A model generated the notes under the pieces. That model was not told the DNA's origin, searched no databases, and saw only the letters and a program-made list of their open reading frames with translations. Positions 28,187-37,901 of a DNA stretch of 45,608 nt are shown piece after piece (the first letter of the stretch is position 1; the number at the start of each line of letters is the position of its first letter). Where the stretch lies: the NCBI GenBank assembly GCA_043815085.1, contig JBDRJG010000005.1, positions 1 to 45,608 on the forward strand, in the 5' to 3' direction. A program made the translations under genes and the position numbers. This stretch comes from Candidatus Iainarchaeum sp. Lineage in GTDB: Archaea > Nanobdellota > Nanobdellia > Pacearchaeales > GW2011-AR1.

Positions 28187-31100
28187 TTATTCGTATTTAT
28201 TTTTCAGTTTAAATGAAGTGTTTATGTGTAATCCCTGCAGCTCCTCTAAGAGAAGTTTGAATGCGTATGAAACCTCAACAGGCTCGATATCTTCGCTGTT
28301 GCAGATAGGGCAGAAAGTCTTTAATCTTATATTGTCTTCAATTGCAATTGCTCCGCATTTTGAACAAATAGGAAGAACAACCTTATCTGAATCATATCTT
28401 TCTTTCAATAACAATGAAGCTCCATGAGCTACGAGAGCCTGCTGTTCCATTTCCCCAAGTCTTAATGCTCCTCCTCTCGACCTTCCTTCAATTGGCTGTC
28501 TTGTCAATAGAGCAATCTTGCCTGAAGCTCTTCCGTGCATTTTGTTCCCAACCATATATTTAAGTTTCAAATAATACAAATTTCCTATGAATATTTTAGA
28601 AAGAATTTTCTTTCCGGTTATTCCGCTGTACATTGTTTCTTTTCCATCAAACCTAAATCCTAATTCTTCGAGTTGTTCTTCCAGGTCTTTTTTTCCTATC
28701 CCGCAAAAAGAAGTTCCGTCTATAATCTCTCCTTTCAAACATCCAACTTTTCCTGCTAATAATTCCAATAAATATCCAACAGTCATCCTTGAAGGCAGAC
28801 CATGCGGATTGAATAAAATATCTGGCCTGATCCCTTTTGAAGTGAAAGGAAGATCTTCTTCAGGAATAATCATACCAATAACTCCTTTCTGTCCGTGAGA
28901 GGTTGCAAATTTATCTCCCAACTCAGGAATTCTCTGGTCTCTTGTTTTAACCTGAACAATTTTATTTCCTTCGTTATCTTCTGTTATAAAAACAGATTCA
29001 ACAATTCCTTTTTCTTCCTGCCTCATTGTCACACTTGATTCTTTCTTTGTTCTTATTGAAATTTCCCTCGCTTCTGATAAGAATTTTGGAGGAGACATTT
29101 TTCCAATCATAACTTCTCCCTCGTTTATCGCTGCTTCGGGGTAGATTATTCCATCATCTTCTAAAAATCGATAAGCAGATTCTACCTTATATCCAGAAGA
29201 ATCTTTTTCAGGAATTGCAATTTCATCTTTCAATCCTCCTGCATAATTCATTTCAACTGCAGAATAGGGTCTGAAATAAAAGCTTCTTCCAACCCCTCTG
29301 TCTAAACTTCCTTTATTGAAAACTAAAGAATCTTCCATATTGTATCCTTCATAACTCATAATAGCTACGACAAGGTTTTGCCCTGCAGGATAAATATTTA
29401 GGGTGTCATACACAAAACTTCTTACAATGGGTTTTTGTGGATATTGCAAAATGCTTACATCAGTATCCAATCTGCATAAATAATTTGCAGCATATAAGCC
29501 AAGAGCCTGCTTTTGTGTCTTGCTTCCTCTATTCAATCTTGAACTCTGGTCGTGGTTTCCATACGGAACAAGGCTAGTCACAGTTCCAAACAAAGAAACA
29601 GGATCAATTTCCAAATGGGTGTGTTCTTGTGTCAAACTTTCTTCATTTAAAGTAATCAAAGCATTTTCTTCTTCAGCAGCGTCGAGATATTCAATTATTC
29701 CTTTTTGGACCAAATCATTCCATTTCATCTCTTCTTGTTCTATCTGCACTAAATGTTCACTTTTTATTTTAGAGATTCCATTTTCAACAACTATTAGGGG
29801 CCTTAAAACTCTTCCCGCTTCAGTCGAAATATAAATTGTTTTAATTCCCTCATCTTCCCTGAAATTCATTTGTGCAGGAAGTTGGTTTTCTCTTCTTTTT
29901 TCTCTTATTTGTTTCACAAATTTCTTTCCATCCTCGACAGTTCCTATAAACATTCCATTAAAAAAAACATCATAATTTCCAATTCCTTCTCTATCAAATC
30001 CAAGAGCTTCCAAATCTTTGATAAATTTATTTTCATCTAATTCAACTCTCGTAGAAACTCTGCTTAATATTGCAAGATTTTTTCTCAATCCAATTTCTGT
30101 TCCTTCTGGAGTTTCAATTGGGCAGAATCTTCCATAATGAGTTGGATGCAGTGTTCTTGCCATAAAATTTTCCTGGTCACCTGGAAGCATGCTTGAAACT
30201 CTTTGCAACTGCGAGATTGTAGCAAGATAATTTGTCTTGTCAATATTTTGTGTAATCCCGCTTCTCTCTCCGGTCCAAGAGCCAGTTGCGATGGCAGATT
30301 CAATTCGATGTGAGAATAAAGTTGATTTAGCTAAAACTTTTATTGAAAAGAATTTCTTTCTTTTCGAGGATTTTTGAAGAGAATACTGTATATCTCTCAC
30401 TAAAATCCCTAAATTAACTCTAAATAGGGTTGCAAGCAAATCTCCTGAAAGTCTGACTCTCTTGTTCGCATAATGGTCTTTGTCTGTTCTTAATTTTGGA
30501 TTTTCTTTTGCAATCAAAAATTGTTTTATAAACTTGCAGAGGGTTATTGCTTTTTTCATTCTGTCTTCTTTTTTCTGGCCAATGTGGGGAAACAAATAAG
30601 AATCAATTCTCTGCTTTACCCTGTCTAAAATTTCTTTTTTGGTTCCCTGAAGATTCGTCTTTTCAGCAATGTACATCATTGCGTCTTCTTTCTCTGCCAA
30701 ATTTACAAATTCATAAAGATTAATTATCACGATATCATTCTCTTTTCCTACATATTTTTGAATATCAGATTCTTTTGTCAGACCAAATGCTTTTAAAAGA
30801 ACAACTGCAGGAATATCCTTAAATCTGCTGAATGAAACATTTAGAATTCCCTCCTTGTTTTCTGTTATTGTTACTGGAATTCTGTAGGTCCCTTTTAATG
30901 AGAATAATTTTAGAGTCAAATCTCCTTTCTTGTTGTTTTCTATGAATGGCTGATTTTCTGCCAAATCTTCTGCCATAATCATTACTCTTTCATTTCCTTT
31001 TATTATGAAATATCCTCCAGGATCCAGAGGGTCATCATAATTCTGGATTAATTCTTCCTTAGACATTCCAACTGTGTTACACACTTTGCTCTTTACCATT

Positions 31101-31447
31101 ACAGGAATCTTTCCTATTTCAACAATCTCAGAATCAACCTGTCCGTCTTTTTTGACAGTCAATTCAAGAGTTATTGGAGCAGCATAAGTCAAATCTCTCA
31201 GTTGAGCTTCTATTGGTGTTATAAGTGAAGAGCTCCCATCTGCTTCTACAACCTTTGGTTTTCCAACCTGGATTTTTCCAAGATTAATTTCAAATTCTTC
31301 ATTAATTATTGTTTCAGAAATCTCATCTACAATTTCCTGAAGTCTTTTGTCTATAAAATTGTTAAAAGAAGTTATATTTGATTCAACTAAGGAGTGTTCT
31401 TGTAGATAATTCTTTACAATTAAATGATTTTGCTTTTCAAAAACCAT
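28187..31447 (-). CDS. rpoB: RNA polymerase subunit B (single polypeptide)
   Basis: CPIETPEG, GDKFATSHGQKG, GGALRLGEME. Confidence 0.97.
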   Translation of the reverse strand: MVFEKQNHLIVKNYLQEHSLVESNITSFNNFIDKRLQEIVDEISETIINEEFEINLGKIQVGKPKVVEADGSSSLITPIEAQLRDLTYAAPITLELTVKKDGQVDSEIVEIGKIPVMVKSKVCNTVGMSKEELIQNYDDPLDPGGYFIIKGNERVMIMAEDLAENQPFIENNKKGDLTLKLFSLKGTYRIPVTITENKEGILNVSFSRFKDIPAVVLLKAFGLTKESDIQKYVGKENDIVIINLYEFVNLAEKEDAMMYIAEKTNLQGTKKEILDRVKQRIDSYLFPHIGQKKEDRMKKAITLCKFIKQFLIAKENPKLRTDKDHYANKRVRLSGDLLATLFRVNLGILVRDIQYSLQKSSKRKKFFSIKVLAKSTLFSHRIESAIATGSWTGERSGITQNIDKTNYLATISQLQRVSSMLPGDQENFMARTLHPTHYGRFCPIETPEGTEIGLRKNLAILSRVSTRVELDENKFIKDLEALGFDREGIGNYDVFFNGMFIGTVEDGKKFVKQIREKRRENQLPAQMNFREDEGIKTIYISTEAGRVLRPLIVVENGISKIKSEHLVQIEQEEMKWNDLVQKGIIEYLDAAEEENALITLNEESLTQEHTHLEIDPVSLFGTVTSLVPYGNHDQSSRLNRGSKTQKQALGLYAANYLCRLDTDVSILQYPQKPIVRSFVYDTLNIYPAGQNLVVAIMSYEGYNMEDSLVFNKGSLDRGVGRSFYFRPYSAVEMNYAGGLKDEIAIPEKDSSGYKVESAYRFLEDDGIIYPEAAINEGEVMIGKMSPPKFLSEAREISIRTKKESSVTMRQEEKGIVESVFITEDNEGNKIVQVKTRDQRIPELGDKFATSHGQKGVIGMIIPEEDLPFTSKGIRPDILFNPHGLPSRMTVGYLLELLAGKVGCLKGEIIDGTSFCGIGKKDLEEQLEELGFRFDGKETMYSGITGKKILSKIFIGNLYYLKLKYMVGNKMHGRASGKIALLTRQPIEGRSRGGALRLGEMEQQALVAHGASLLLKERYDSDKVVLPICSKCGAIAIEDNIRLKTFCPICNSEDIEPVEVSYAFKLLLEELQGLHINTSFKLKNKYE

Positions 31448-31653
31448 TATATGACCACCCGATAATATAAATTTATTTTTTCATTCTCGTTTCTTTCAAT
31501 TTTTATTACATCACCGACGTTGCAATTTTCAGGAAGACCAGCATCATCCAAAAGAATTTTTGGCAGTTGTGATCTAGAGATGTTCAATCTATTTATTAAT
31601 TCTTGAGCCTCTTTTTCGCTTAATTTTGTATGTTTTGGTTGTAGAATGTGCAT
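31447..31653 (-). CDS. rpoH: RNA polymerase subunit H
   Basis: HILQPKH, QLPKI, GDVIKIER, YYRVV. Confidence 0.95.
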   Translation of the reverse strand: MHILQPKHTKLSEKEAQELINRLNISRSQLPKILLDDAGLPENCNVGDVIKIERNENEKINLYYRVVI

Positions 31654-31742
31654 CTTTTTGTGTTTGGCATTTAATCCTCAGCACCAAGGCCACAGGATAA
31701 ATATTTAACAACTGTCTGATAATAAAAGATACCAAGATTTGA

Positions 31743-31756
31743 TTTAAAAACCTTTG
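31743..31756 (-). promoter_or_regulatory. BRE-TATA promoter of the rpoH operon
   Basis: Minus strand CAAAGG-TTTTTAAA. Confidence 0.6.
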
Positions 31757-31894
31757 GGTAGCGGGGGCTTTGCACAATAAGTCAGAGTTGCACAAAAAGT
31801 CCTTATGAAAGAATTATGCACAAAAACCACGCCTGCTTACCAGAACACGCTGTATTATGTAAGGAGAATTATTGAATATGATATATGTGATTAA

Positions 31895-32212
31895 TTAATC
31901 TTTTTTTGGGAGCTTGAAATAATTGATGCTCTGATAAAATTTAGAAAATTGGGATTTTGATAAATCTTCAAAAGAATTAGACTCACCAAGACAATATGCA
32001 TTTACTCCAAAATATCTTTTATCTTTCTTTTGTAAATCTTGTAGTTTCTCAGGAATCTTATTTTGCAACTCTTCATTCTGCCTTTCCCAAGTCGAGAAAA
32101 GTAAAGTGTCTATAATTGTTGCACTTCCGATTTGCTCATGATTAACTCTTTTTCCATTTCCATTTACAAATTTTCCATTTTTCCAAAATATTGGTTCTAG
32201 ATTATTTTCCAT
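31895..32212 (-). CDS. Hypothetical passenger protein
   Basis: ATG 32212 follows GGGGAG SD. Confidence 0.6.
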   Translation of the reverse strand: MENNLEPIFWKNGKFVNGNGKRVNHEQIGSATIIDTLLFSTWERQNEELQNKIPEKLQDLQKKDKRYFGVNAYCLGESNSFEDLSKSQFSKFYQSINYFKLPKKD

Positions 32213-32387
32213 AATTCTCCCCACTTTTTTAAAGTTTTTAAACTTTTCTACTTTGTTATAATTTGAGAGTGATAATTGATTTTAAATCAATCTTCTCCCA
32301 ACACAATTTTAAACTGAATGCCTCTAAAGTGCCTGTGAATCTTCTGTTTAAAAAGTAGGCTCGAATTTAGACTTATTAAACAAAGCC
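32208..32387 (-). repeat. Element-internal segment shared in inverted orientation with 44975-45018 and 45485-45607
   Basis: Shared blocks ttttaaacagaa, ttgtgttgggaga, attatcac and the exact 18-mer agtggggagaattatgga. Confidence 0.85.
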
Positions 32388-32417
32388 GGTAGCACGTAGC
32401 ATGTCATCAAAAGGGAT

Positions 32418-32711
32418 TTATAAAATAACACTATCTGGTTTTAAGATTATTTTCTGGGGTTTTTCTACTAATTCTTCTAGTTTACCTGCAACTTCCTTTG
32501 AAAGACCAGTACACATTAGCTTGATTTCCGCGCCTTCTGGCTGTGTAATAACTTGGCCATTGTTCTCCAAATAAAAATAAGTTGCTTTTTCTCCTCTATC
32601 TGTCTTATGACCTTCTTTTATTTGATTTAAGTATTCTGTCACTTTACCTATTTCAAAAAGATTTGTTTTTAAAATACCTTGGTAGATTCCCTGAACTTCT
32701 TTTAAAGCCAT
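32418..32711 (-). CDS. Hypothetical passenger protein
   Basis: 97-aa ORF. Confidence 0.55.
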   Translation of the reverse strand: MALKEVQGIYQGILKTNLFEIGKVTEYLNQIKEGHKTDRGEKATYFYLENNGQVITQPEGAEIKLMCTGLSKEVAGKLEELVEKPQKIILKPDSVIL

Positions 32712-32739
32712 CCCACATCAATAAATTATTCCTTTTTAA

Positions 32740-32945
32740 AGATTTCTGTCATTGAGATTCTCAAACCAAAAGGAATAGAAATTGCTATTGCCCTATCTAA
32801 TAGGGATGATAGTAAGAAAGTATTAAAATATACAAAAACAATTAGAAATTTAACTTGGGTTATGGTTGGTGTGGTTATTTTAAATTTAATATTGATAATA
32901 TTCGGCACATCTTTTGGGCAAGAATTAATCAAAATATTATTTTAA
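32740..32945 (+). pseudogene. 5'-truncated membrane-protein gene remnant
   Basis: Open frame ..EILKPKGIEIAIALSNRDDSKKVLKYTKTIRNLTWVMVGVVILNLILIIF..* with no upstream ATG after the stop at 32703. Confidence 0.4.
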
Positions 32946-32975
32946 CTCCCGACATTTGACAACCCTTTTATGCGA

Positions 32976-33557
32976 TTAATATTCTTGCCATAACCAAGGT
33001 CTGTGCTTTCTAGCCCCCATAAACATTTCATAACCAGAATCACCATATTTTCTTGGATTATAAGTAGGATACTTATCAACTCTGAAATTAGAATCTCTTA
33101 ATCTTCCTGGAAAAAATTCAGTCAAATCTTCATCAACTAAAGTATCCAATCCTATTTCATAAGCTTTTTTTGCCAATTTTTCTACACAATCCCACATATG
33201 AAATCCTGCAATTCTTATTATTCTTCCATTATTTAGTTGGTTAAGAATATAATCTTGGTTTGGGTAAAGATATTCTCCATTCGGTTGCTTCTTTATATGT
33301 GTTTCAAAATCCAAACCCACTTCAATAATTTTATCTGATTGTTGAATTTCAATGACATCAGAAATTTCATGACCATTGAATAATGCATAATTTATATCAA
33401 AACCTTTTTGTCTATACCTAAAATCAATACATTTGTTCAAGGTGGATTTGTATCTTTGTCTAAATGCATCCACCCCGTTTTCTTCAGCCCATCCGTGATT
33501 TTGAATTTCAAAATTAATTATCTCTGGAATTGGGTATAAAAATACAAATGTTTTCAT
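32976..33557 (-). CDS. Hypothetical protein, possible isochorismatase/cysteine-hydrolase-like fold
   Basis: IRIAGFHMWDCVEKLAKKAYEIGLDTLVDEDLT resembles the family's catalytic-Cys region. Confidence 0.55.
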   Translation of the reverse strand: MKTFVFLYPIPEIINFEIQNHGWAEENGVDAFRQRYKSTLNKCIDFRYRQKGFDINYALFNGHEISDVIEIQQSDKIIEVGLDFETHIKKQPNGEYLYPNQDYILNQLNNGRIIRIAGFHMWDCVEKLAKKAYEIGLDTLVDEDLTEFFPGRLRDSNFRVDKYPTYNPRKYGDSGYEMFMGARKHRPWLWQEY

Positions 33558-33708
33558 TTTCTATTTCTTAGTTAGAGATTATATACTATTTTAAAAACTT
33601 AACTAGTAGACTTTTTAAACAGGGCTTACTTTATAAACAAAGCCGGTAGCGAGGGTTTTTAATCAGAAAGGAGCAGTACCCCTATAAGTCTCAACAAATT
33701 GTGAAATT

Positions 33709-34095
33709 TTACCCTTTAGGATATTCCCCTGTAAGGATGAAGTTATTTAGGGCATCTAAATTCAATATTTCATTCGATTCAAGGTTTTGAGATGAAGAAA
33801 CCTTAATATCTATCCCTAATTTTCTTGGTCTTTCTGTTATACTAAACTTCCTTCCCTTAAGCGTATGATCTCTATAAATTTTATACATCTCGCTATAGGA
33901 TATCTTTTCAACTTTTCTTAGATAATCATAGAATTTACATTTTTCCTCTTCTGGATTATTGTACATTCTACTTTCAATATTCTCCCTAATAATTGGAAGA
34001 ATTTCTTTTTCAAATCTTAATTTTCCTTCAAGAATTGTTTCTGTTCTTCCCGAGGTTTCTTTTTGAGTATACTTTTTATATATAATCATAAACAT
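33709..34095 (-). CDS. Hypothetical protein
   Basis: 128-aa ORF with GGGAG SD. Confidence 0.55.
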   Translation of the reverse strand: MFMIIYKKYTQKETSGRTETILEGKLRFEKEILPIIRENIESRMYNNPEEEKCKFYDYLRKVEKISYSEMYKIYRDHTLKGRKFSITERPRKLGIDIKVSSSQNLESNEILNLDALNNFILTGEYPKG

Positions 34096-34191
34096 TCCAG
34101 AAATACTCCCTTTTTAACAATTATTATGTTTAAAGAGATACATATACATTAATAAATAAAATATTATAAACTTCATATTAGAGACTAATCC

Positions 34192-34533
34192 ATGGAAAAA
34201 CCCTACATAAGAAAAGAAAGATATCCCTGCCCTTTTTATGGTTTTTATGGAGATAATATAATAGAGATTATGATGGAACAAGAGGGAAATAAATGTGCTT
34301 TAATAGCATCTTCTCATTCTCCATGTCGTATGGAAATAGATAAGAAAACTCCTGATTGGAACAAATGCCCAATTAATCCGGAAGAGAGTGGAGGAAAACC
34401 ACTTATTGATTCTACAAATAATATTAAAGTTTTTCCAAAAGAATTTCACCCCCAAAATAAACGTTCATGGGGTGGAATGGATTTCAAAGACTGGATGAAT
34501 TATGTTATGGAAGGAAGCGATTCTAATTTATAA
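34192..34533 (+). CDS. Small Cys-rich hypothetical protein
   Basis: 113 aa with four Cys; TTATAAA upstream. Confidence 0.6.
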   Translation: MEKPYIRKERYPCPFYGFYGDNIIEIMMEQEGNKCALIASSHSPCRMEIDKKTPDWNKCPINPEESGGKPLIDSTNNIKVFPKEFHPQNKRSWGGMDFKDWMNYVMEGSDSNL

Positions 34534-34592
34534 TCAAAAATGGCCCCGAACTGAAATTAAAATTTCGTTTGCTGTTCCATAAACAAGTTTTA

Positions 34593-34667
34593 TGGCCCCG
34601 AAGGGATTTGAACCCTCGACACCTGGATTAAAAGTCCAGTGCTCTAACCAGACTGAGCTACGGAGCC
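34593..34667 (-). tRNA. tRNA-Lys(TTT)
   Basis: GGCTCCG/CGGGGCC acceptor stem, CTGGA-CTTTTAA-TCCAG anticodon arm, GTTCAAAT T loop. Confidence 0.95.
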
Positions 34668-34825
34668 GTATTATCAACTTGCTCTATATTCAGGATGGTT
34701 TGTGCTTTAGCACTTTAACTAGACTGAGCTACAGAGCAATCATACCATTTTTATTAGAAAATACTTTATAAAATTATCTTATAGAACACAATTATCTTTA
34801 TAATTCATTAAAAACACAGAAAAGC

Positions 34826-35551
34826 ATGGAGTTTGAAGCTAAATTTGATAGGCTATTTGCTAGTAAGCCAATAATAGGGATGGTTCATCTTGCTGGGAAT
34901 AATAAAGATGAAAAAATTAAAAGAGCTTTGGAAGAATTATCTATCTATGAGCAAGAGGGAGTTGACGGGGCGATAATTGAAGACTACCACGGGCCTGCAG
35001 AGTATATCTATGAGACTTTAAAAGAAGTACAAAAAAATAATTATAAGATAATTCTTGGTGTTAATAATCTTAGAAACCCCTATGCCAGTTTTCATTCAAA
35101 AAATCTTGGGGCAAAATTCGTACAATTTGACAGTGTTCAAAACAAAGATTTAAACTTAGAAAATTATAATGAATTTAGAAAAGTTTATGCTGATATGATT
35201 GTTCTTGGAGGAATTAGATTTAAGTATACCCTGCCTACTGGAAACTCTCTAGAAAAAGATTTAGATGAGGGAAAATTAAATTGTGATGCAATTGTTACAA
35301 CAGGAGAAGGAACAGGCATAGAGACTCCAATAAAGAAATTAAAAGTATTCAAAAGTTATCTTGGAGACTTCTCTTTAATTATAGGTGCAGGATTGAATAC
35401 AGAAAATGCCTATGAGCAACTTCAAATTGCAGATGGGGCAATAGTAGGAAGTGCATTTAAGCCAAACAAAAATACCAGATTACCTGTGGATAAATATCTT
35501 GTTAGGGAATTAATTGATATGGTAAAGGAGGTTAGAAAAAATGGAATCTAA
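34826..35551 (+). CDS. btpA: BtpA/SgcQ family TIM-barrel protein
   Basis: IIGMVHL, DAIVTTGEGTG, ADGAIVGSAFK. Confidence 0.85.
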   Translation: MEFEAKFDRLFASKPIIGMVHLAGNNKDEKIKRALEELSIYEQEGVDGAIIEDYHGPAEYIYETLKEVQKNNYKIILGVNNLRNPYASFHSKNLGAKFVQFDSVQNKDLNLENYNEFRKVYADMIVLGGIRFKYTLPTGNSLEKDLDEGKLNCDAIVTTGEGTGIETPIKKLKVFKSYLGDFSLIIGAGLNTENAYEQLQIADGAIVGSAFKPNKNTRLPVDKYLVRELIDMVKEVRKNGI

Positions 35552-36332
35552 ACCATATATTGGAATAACTGGGCCTGTTTTAAAAGAGGAAGTTTTAGGT
35601 ATCTGCGGGTTGTTTGAAGATTTTGGATTTTATGAGAATCGTTCAGTCAAACCTATGATCGGAATTCTTGCTTCTTACAAAACACTAAACAACATAAAAA
35701 TAGAAAATAGGAGATATCCCAAATTAAAAATTATATCAGAATTAATAAAAGAGATGAAATCGGGGACATTTAGAACAATCCACTACAACACAAGAGAATT
35801 TGGGTCCTTATCTAAACAAGTCTCAGAATTAATTTATTTCCCTTATCACAAAATCCCCCTGGATGGGATACAATTAAACATTACTTACCCCCCAATAGAT
35901 CAAATTGAAAAAATAAAAAAAGAATTTCCTGAATTAGAAATTATTTTTCAGGCAAACTCGGAAGTTTTAAATTCTGGATCAAAAAAAGAAGTAGCAAAAA
36001 GAATAAAGAATTATGGGGGATTAATTGATTATGTTCTTATTGATTCTTCGGGAGGGAAAGGAGAGAATTTAGACATACCCTATTCAGCGGATTTAGCAAA
36101 CGAAATTAAAGATTTGAGCCCAAATATAAATATTGGATTCGCTGGGGGATTTAAAGGTTCTAATGTTAAAGTAAATTATCATGATTTGATTAATAAGTGC
36201 AGAGGTTTTGCTTTTTCAATTGATGCAGAAGGAGGATTAAGAGACAAATTAAGTGAAAAGTATGGTGATGATTTATTAAACATAAACAAGGTTAGGGAAT
36301 ATATTCAATCTGCCTCTTCATTTTTAATATAA
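35541..36332 (+). CDS. TrpF (PRAI)-like TIM-barrel protein
   Basis: GIQLN, YVLIDSSGGKG, FAGG, IDAEGG; overlaps the btpA stop. Confidence 0.65.
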   Translation: MESKPYIGITGPVLKEEVLGICGLFEDFGFYENRSVKPMIGILASYKTLNNIKIENRRYPKLKIISELIKEMKSGTFRTIHYNTREFGSLSKQVSELIYFPYHKIPLDGIQLNITYPPIDQIEKIKKEFPELEIIFQANSEVLNSGSKKEVAKRIKNYGGLIDYVLIDSSGGKGENLDIPYSADLANEIKDLSPNINIGFAGGFKGSNVKVNYHDLINKCRGFAFSIDAEGGLRDKLSEKYGDDLLNINKVREYIQSASSFLI

Positions 36333-36350
36333 AATTATTGTAGTGAATAT

Positions 36351-36662
36351 TCACAAGAACTTCTTTAGTTTCTCACTAAAATCTTCCTCACTCATTGCCC
36401 CAACAAAATTAGTCACAACTTTCCCATCTTTCAACAAAACAAAATTGGGAATTGAAGAAACCCCAAACTTTTGGGCAATTTCATGTCCGTCTTCAACATT
36501 AACTTTCCCAACCTTAAGCTTTTTGCTGAATTTATCTGCAACATCATCTATAATTGGACCCATCATAACACAGGGCATACACCAGTCAGCATAAAAATCA
36601 ATTAGGACATTTCCTTCTTTTATGAATTCATTAAATTCTCCGTTTGTTAATTCAGTTACCAT
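36351..36662 (-). CDS. trxA: Thioredoxin
   Basis: DFYADWCMPC, SIPNF. Confidence 0.95.
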   Translation of the reverse strand: MVTELTNGEFNEFIKEGNVLIDFYADWCMPCVMMGPIIDDVADKFSKKLKVGKVNVEDGHEIAQKFGVSSIPNFVLLKDGKVVTNFVGAMSEEDFSEKLKKFL

Positions 36663-36766
36663 GTTCCATAATTTTATTGTAGAATAAAGTGATTTATAAA
36701 AGTTTTTATTTGAAGTATGTTTTATAGCATATATTTATTTAAAAAAGAATAATCTCTTAGATTAAT

Positions 36767-37900
36767 ATGGAGCAATATTTGAATCTTCTGAAAGAGATTT
36801 TAACAAGAGGAGATGTTCAATATGAACCAAGGACAGAAGAGTATACTATAGGAATCTCTTCATTTTCGAGTACATATGATCTAAGAAAAGGGTTCCCGTT
36901 ATTAACCACAAAAAATGTTCCATCCAGACTTCCGTTTGAAGAATTATTCTGGAAACTTAGAGGAGAAAGGAATGTTAAAACATTGGTTGATAAAAATGTT
37001 AATATATGGACTGCCAATGCATTTGACAGATACTTAAAAACAAATGGATTAAATGAAAAAATTCCAAAACATTCTTCCCAGTGGAATGAAGAATTTGAAA
37101 AATATTCACAAAGAATAAAAGATGACCCAAAGTTTGCAGAAAAGGCTGGAGATTTAGGTCCTGTTTATGGATATCAATGGAGACACTGGCCTGTAAAAAG
37201 GGAAGGGTGGGGCTTACTTAGGCAATTTTTTAATGAAGCGATTGCCGGAAAAAAAGAGAAGGTTGATCAGCTTGAAACTTTGTTAAAAGGTATAAAAAAA
37301 AGTCCCGGGTCAAGGTATCATGTTCTTAGTGCTTGGAATGTAAGCCAATTACATGAGATGGCTCTGGGGCCTTGCCCTTTTTGGCACCAATTTAGTGTAT
37401 TTGGAGATAATTTAGACTTAACAATGGTTCAAAGAAGCAATGACTCTTATCTTGGCGATCCTTTTAATCAAGCACAAGATGCCCTGTTATTGGAAATGGT
37501 TGCAAAAGAAACAGGATTTAAACCAAGATTTTTCAATTATCAAACTATCAACACTCACATTTATCTTGGGGTTGTACCAAGATCAGATTTTTGGAAAAAT
37601 GAAAAGAATATAAAAGAATTCCAAAATAATTTTAAGGAGATAAGTAAAAGAGAAGAATATCTTAATTTAAGGGAGTGGTATCTTAACCAGGTTCCTGCAG
37701 AGAGTGAAGGAAATGAAAGAAAAGATCATCTTCCATTTGTTTTAGAACAGCTTTCAAAAGAACCAAAAGAATTACCTTTTTTGAAAATAGAAAAAGACAT
37801 TCCTTTGTTAGAGGCTATTCAAATGTCGCCTTTGGATGTAGTAAAAGTAAATGGATACAATCCCCACAAATGGGATTCAAAGGCAGAGATGGCTGCGTAA
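36767..37900 (+). CDS. thyA: Thymidylate synthase (divergent)
   Basis: GFPLLTTK, DLGPVYGYQWR, SAWN, MALGPC, QRSND, HIY. Confidence 0.9.
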   Translation: MEQYLNLLKEILTRGDVQYEPRTEEYTIGISSFSSTYDLRKGFPLLTTKNVPSRLPFEELFWKLRGERNVKTLVDKNVNIWTANAFDRYLKTNGLNEKIPKHSSQWNEEFEKYSQRIKDDPKFAEKAGDLGPVYGYQWRHWPVKREGWGLLRQFFNEAIAGKKEKVDQLETLLKGIKKSPGSRYHVLSAWNVSQLHEMALGPCPFWHQFSVFGDNLDLTMVQRSNDSYLGDPFNQAQDALLLEMVAKETGFKPRFFNYQTINTHIYLGVVPRSDFWKNEKNIKEFQNNFKEISKREEYLNLREWYLNQVPAESEGNERKDHLPFVLEQLSKEPKELPFLKIEKDIPLLEAIQMSPLDVVKVNGYNPHKWDSKAEMAA

Positions 37901-37901
37901 T

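Larger units (their letters stand above)
31766..33644. mobile_element. Tandem non-autonomous TIR cassettes (31766-32387 and about 32397-33644)
   Basis: Left TIR ggctttgcacaataagtc; right TIRs ending caaagcc at 32387 and 33644. Flanking 9-mers ggtagcggg, ggtagcacg and ggtagcgag. Confidence 0.72.

Noticed and set aside
32726-32932. 68-aa minus-strand ORF
   Set aside because: It looks like the shadow of a more protein-like truncated frame on the plus strand.
31766-33644. Integron attC array or CRISPR repeats
   Set aside because: No RYYYAAC..GTTRRRY arrangement after each gene, no integrase and no regular spacers. TIR plus 9-bp duplication fits better.
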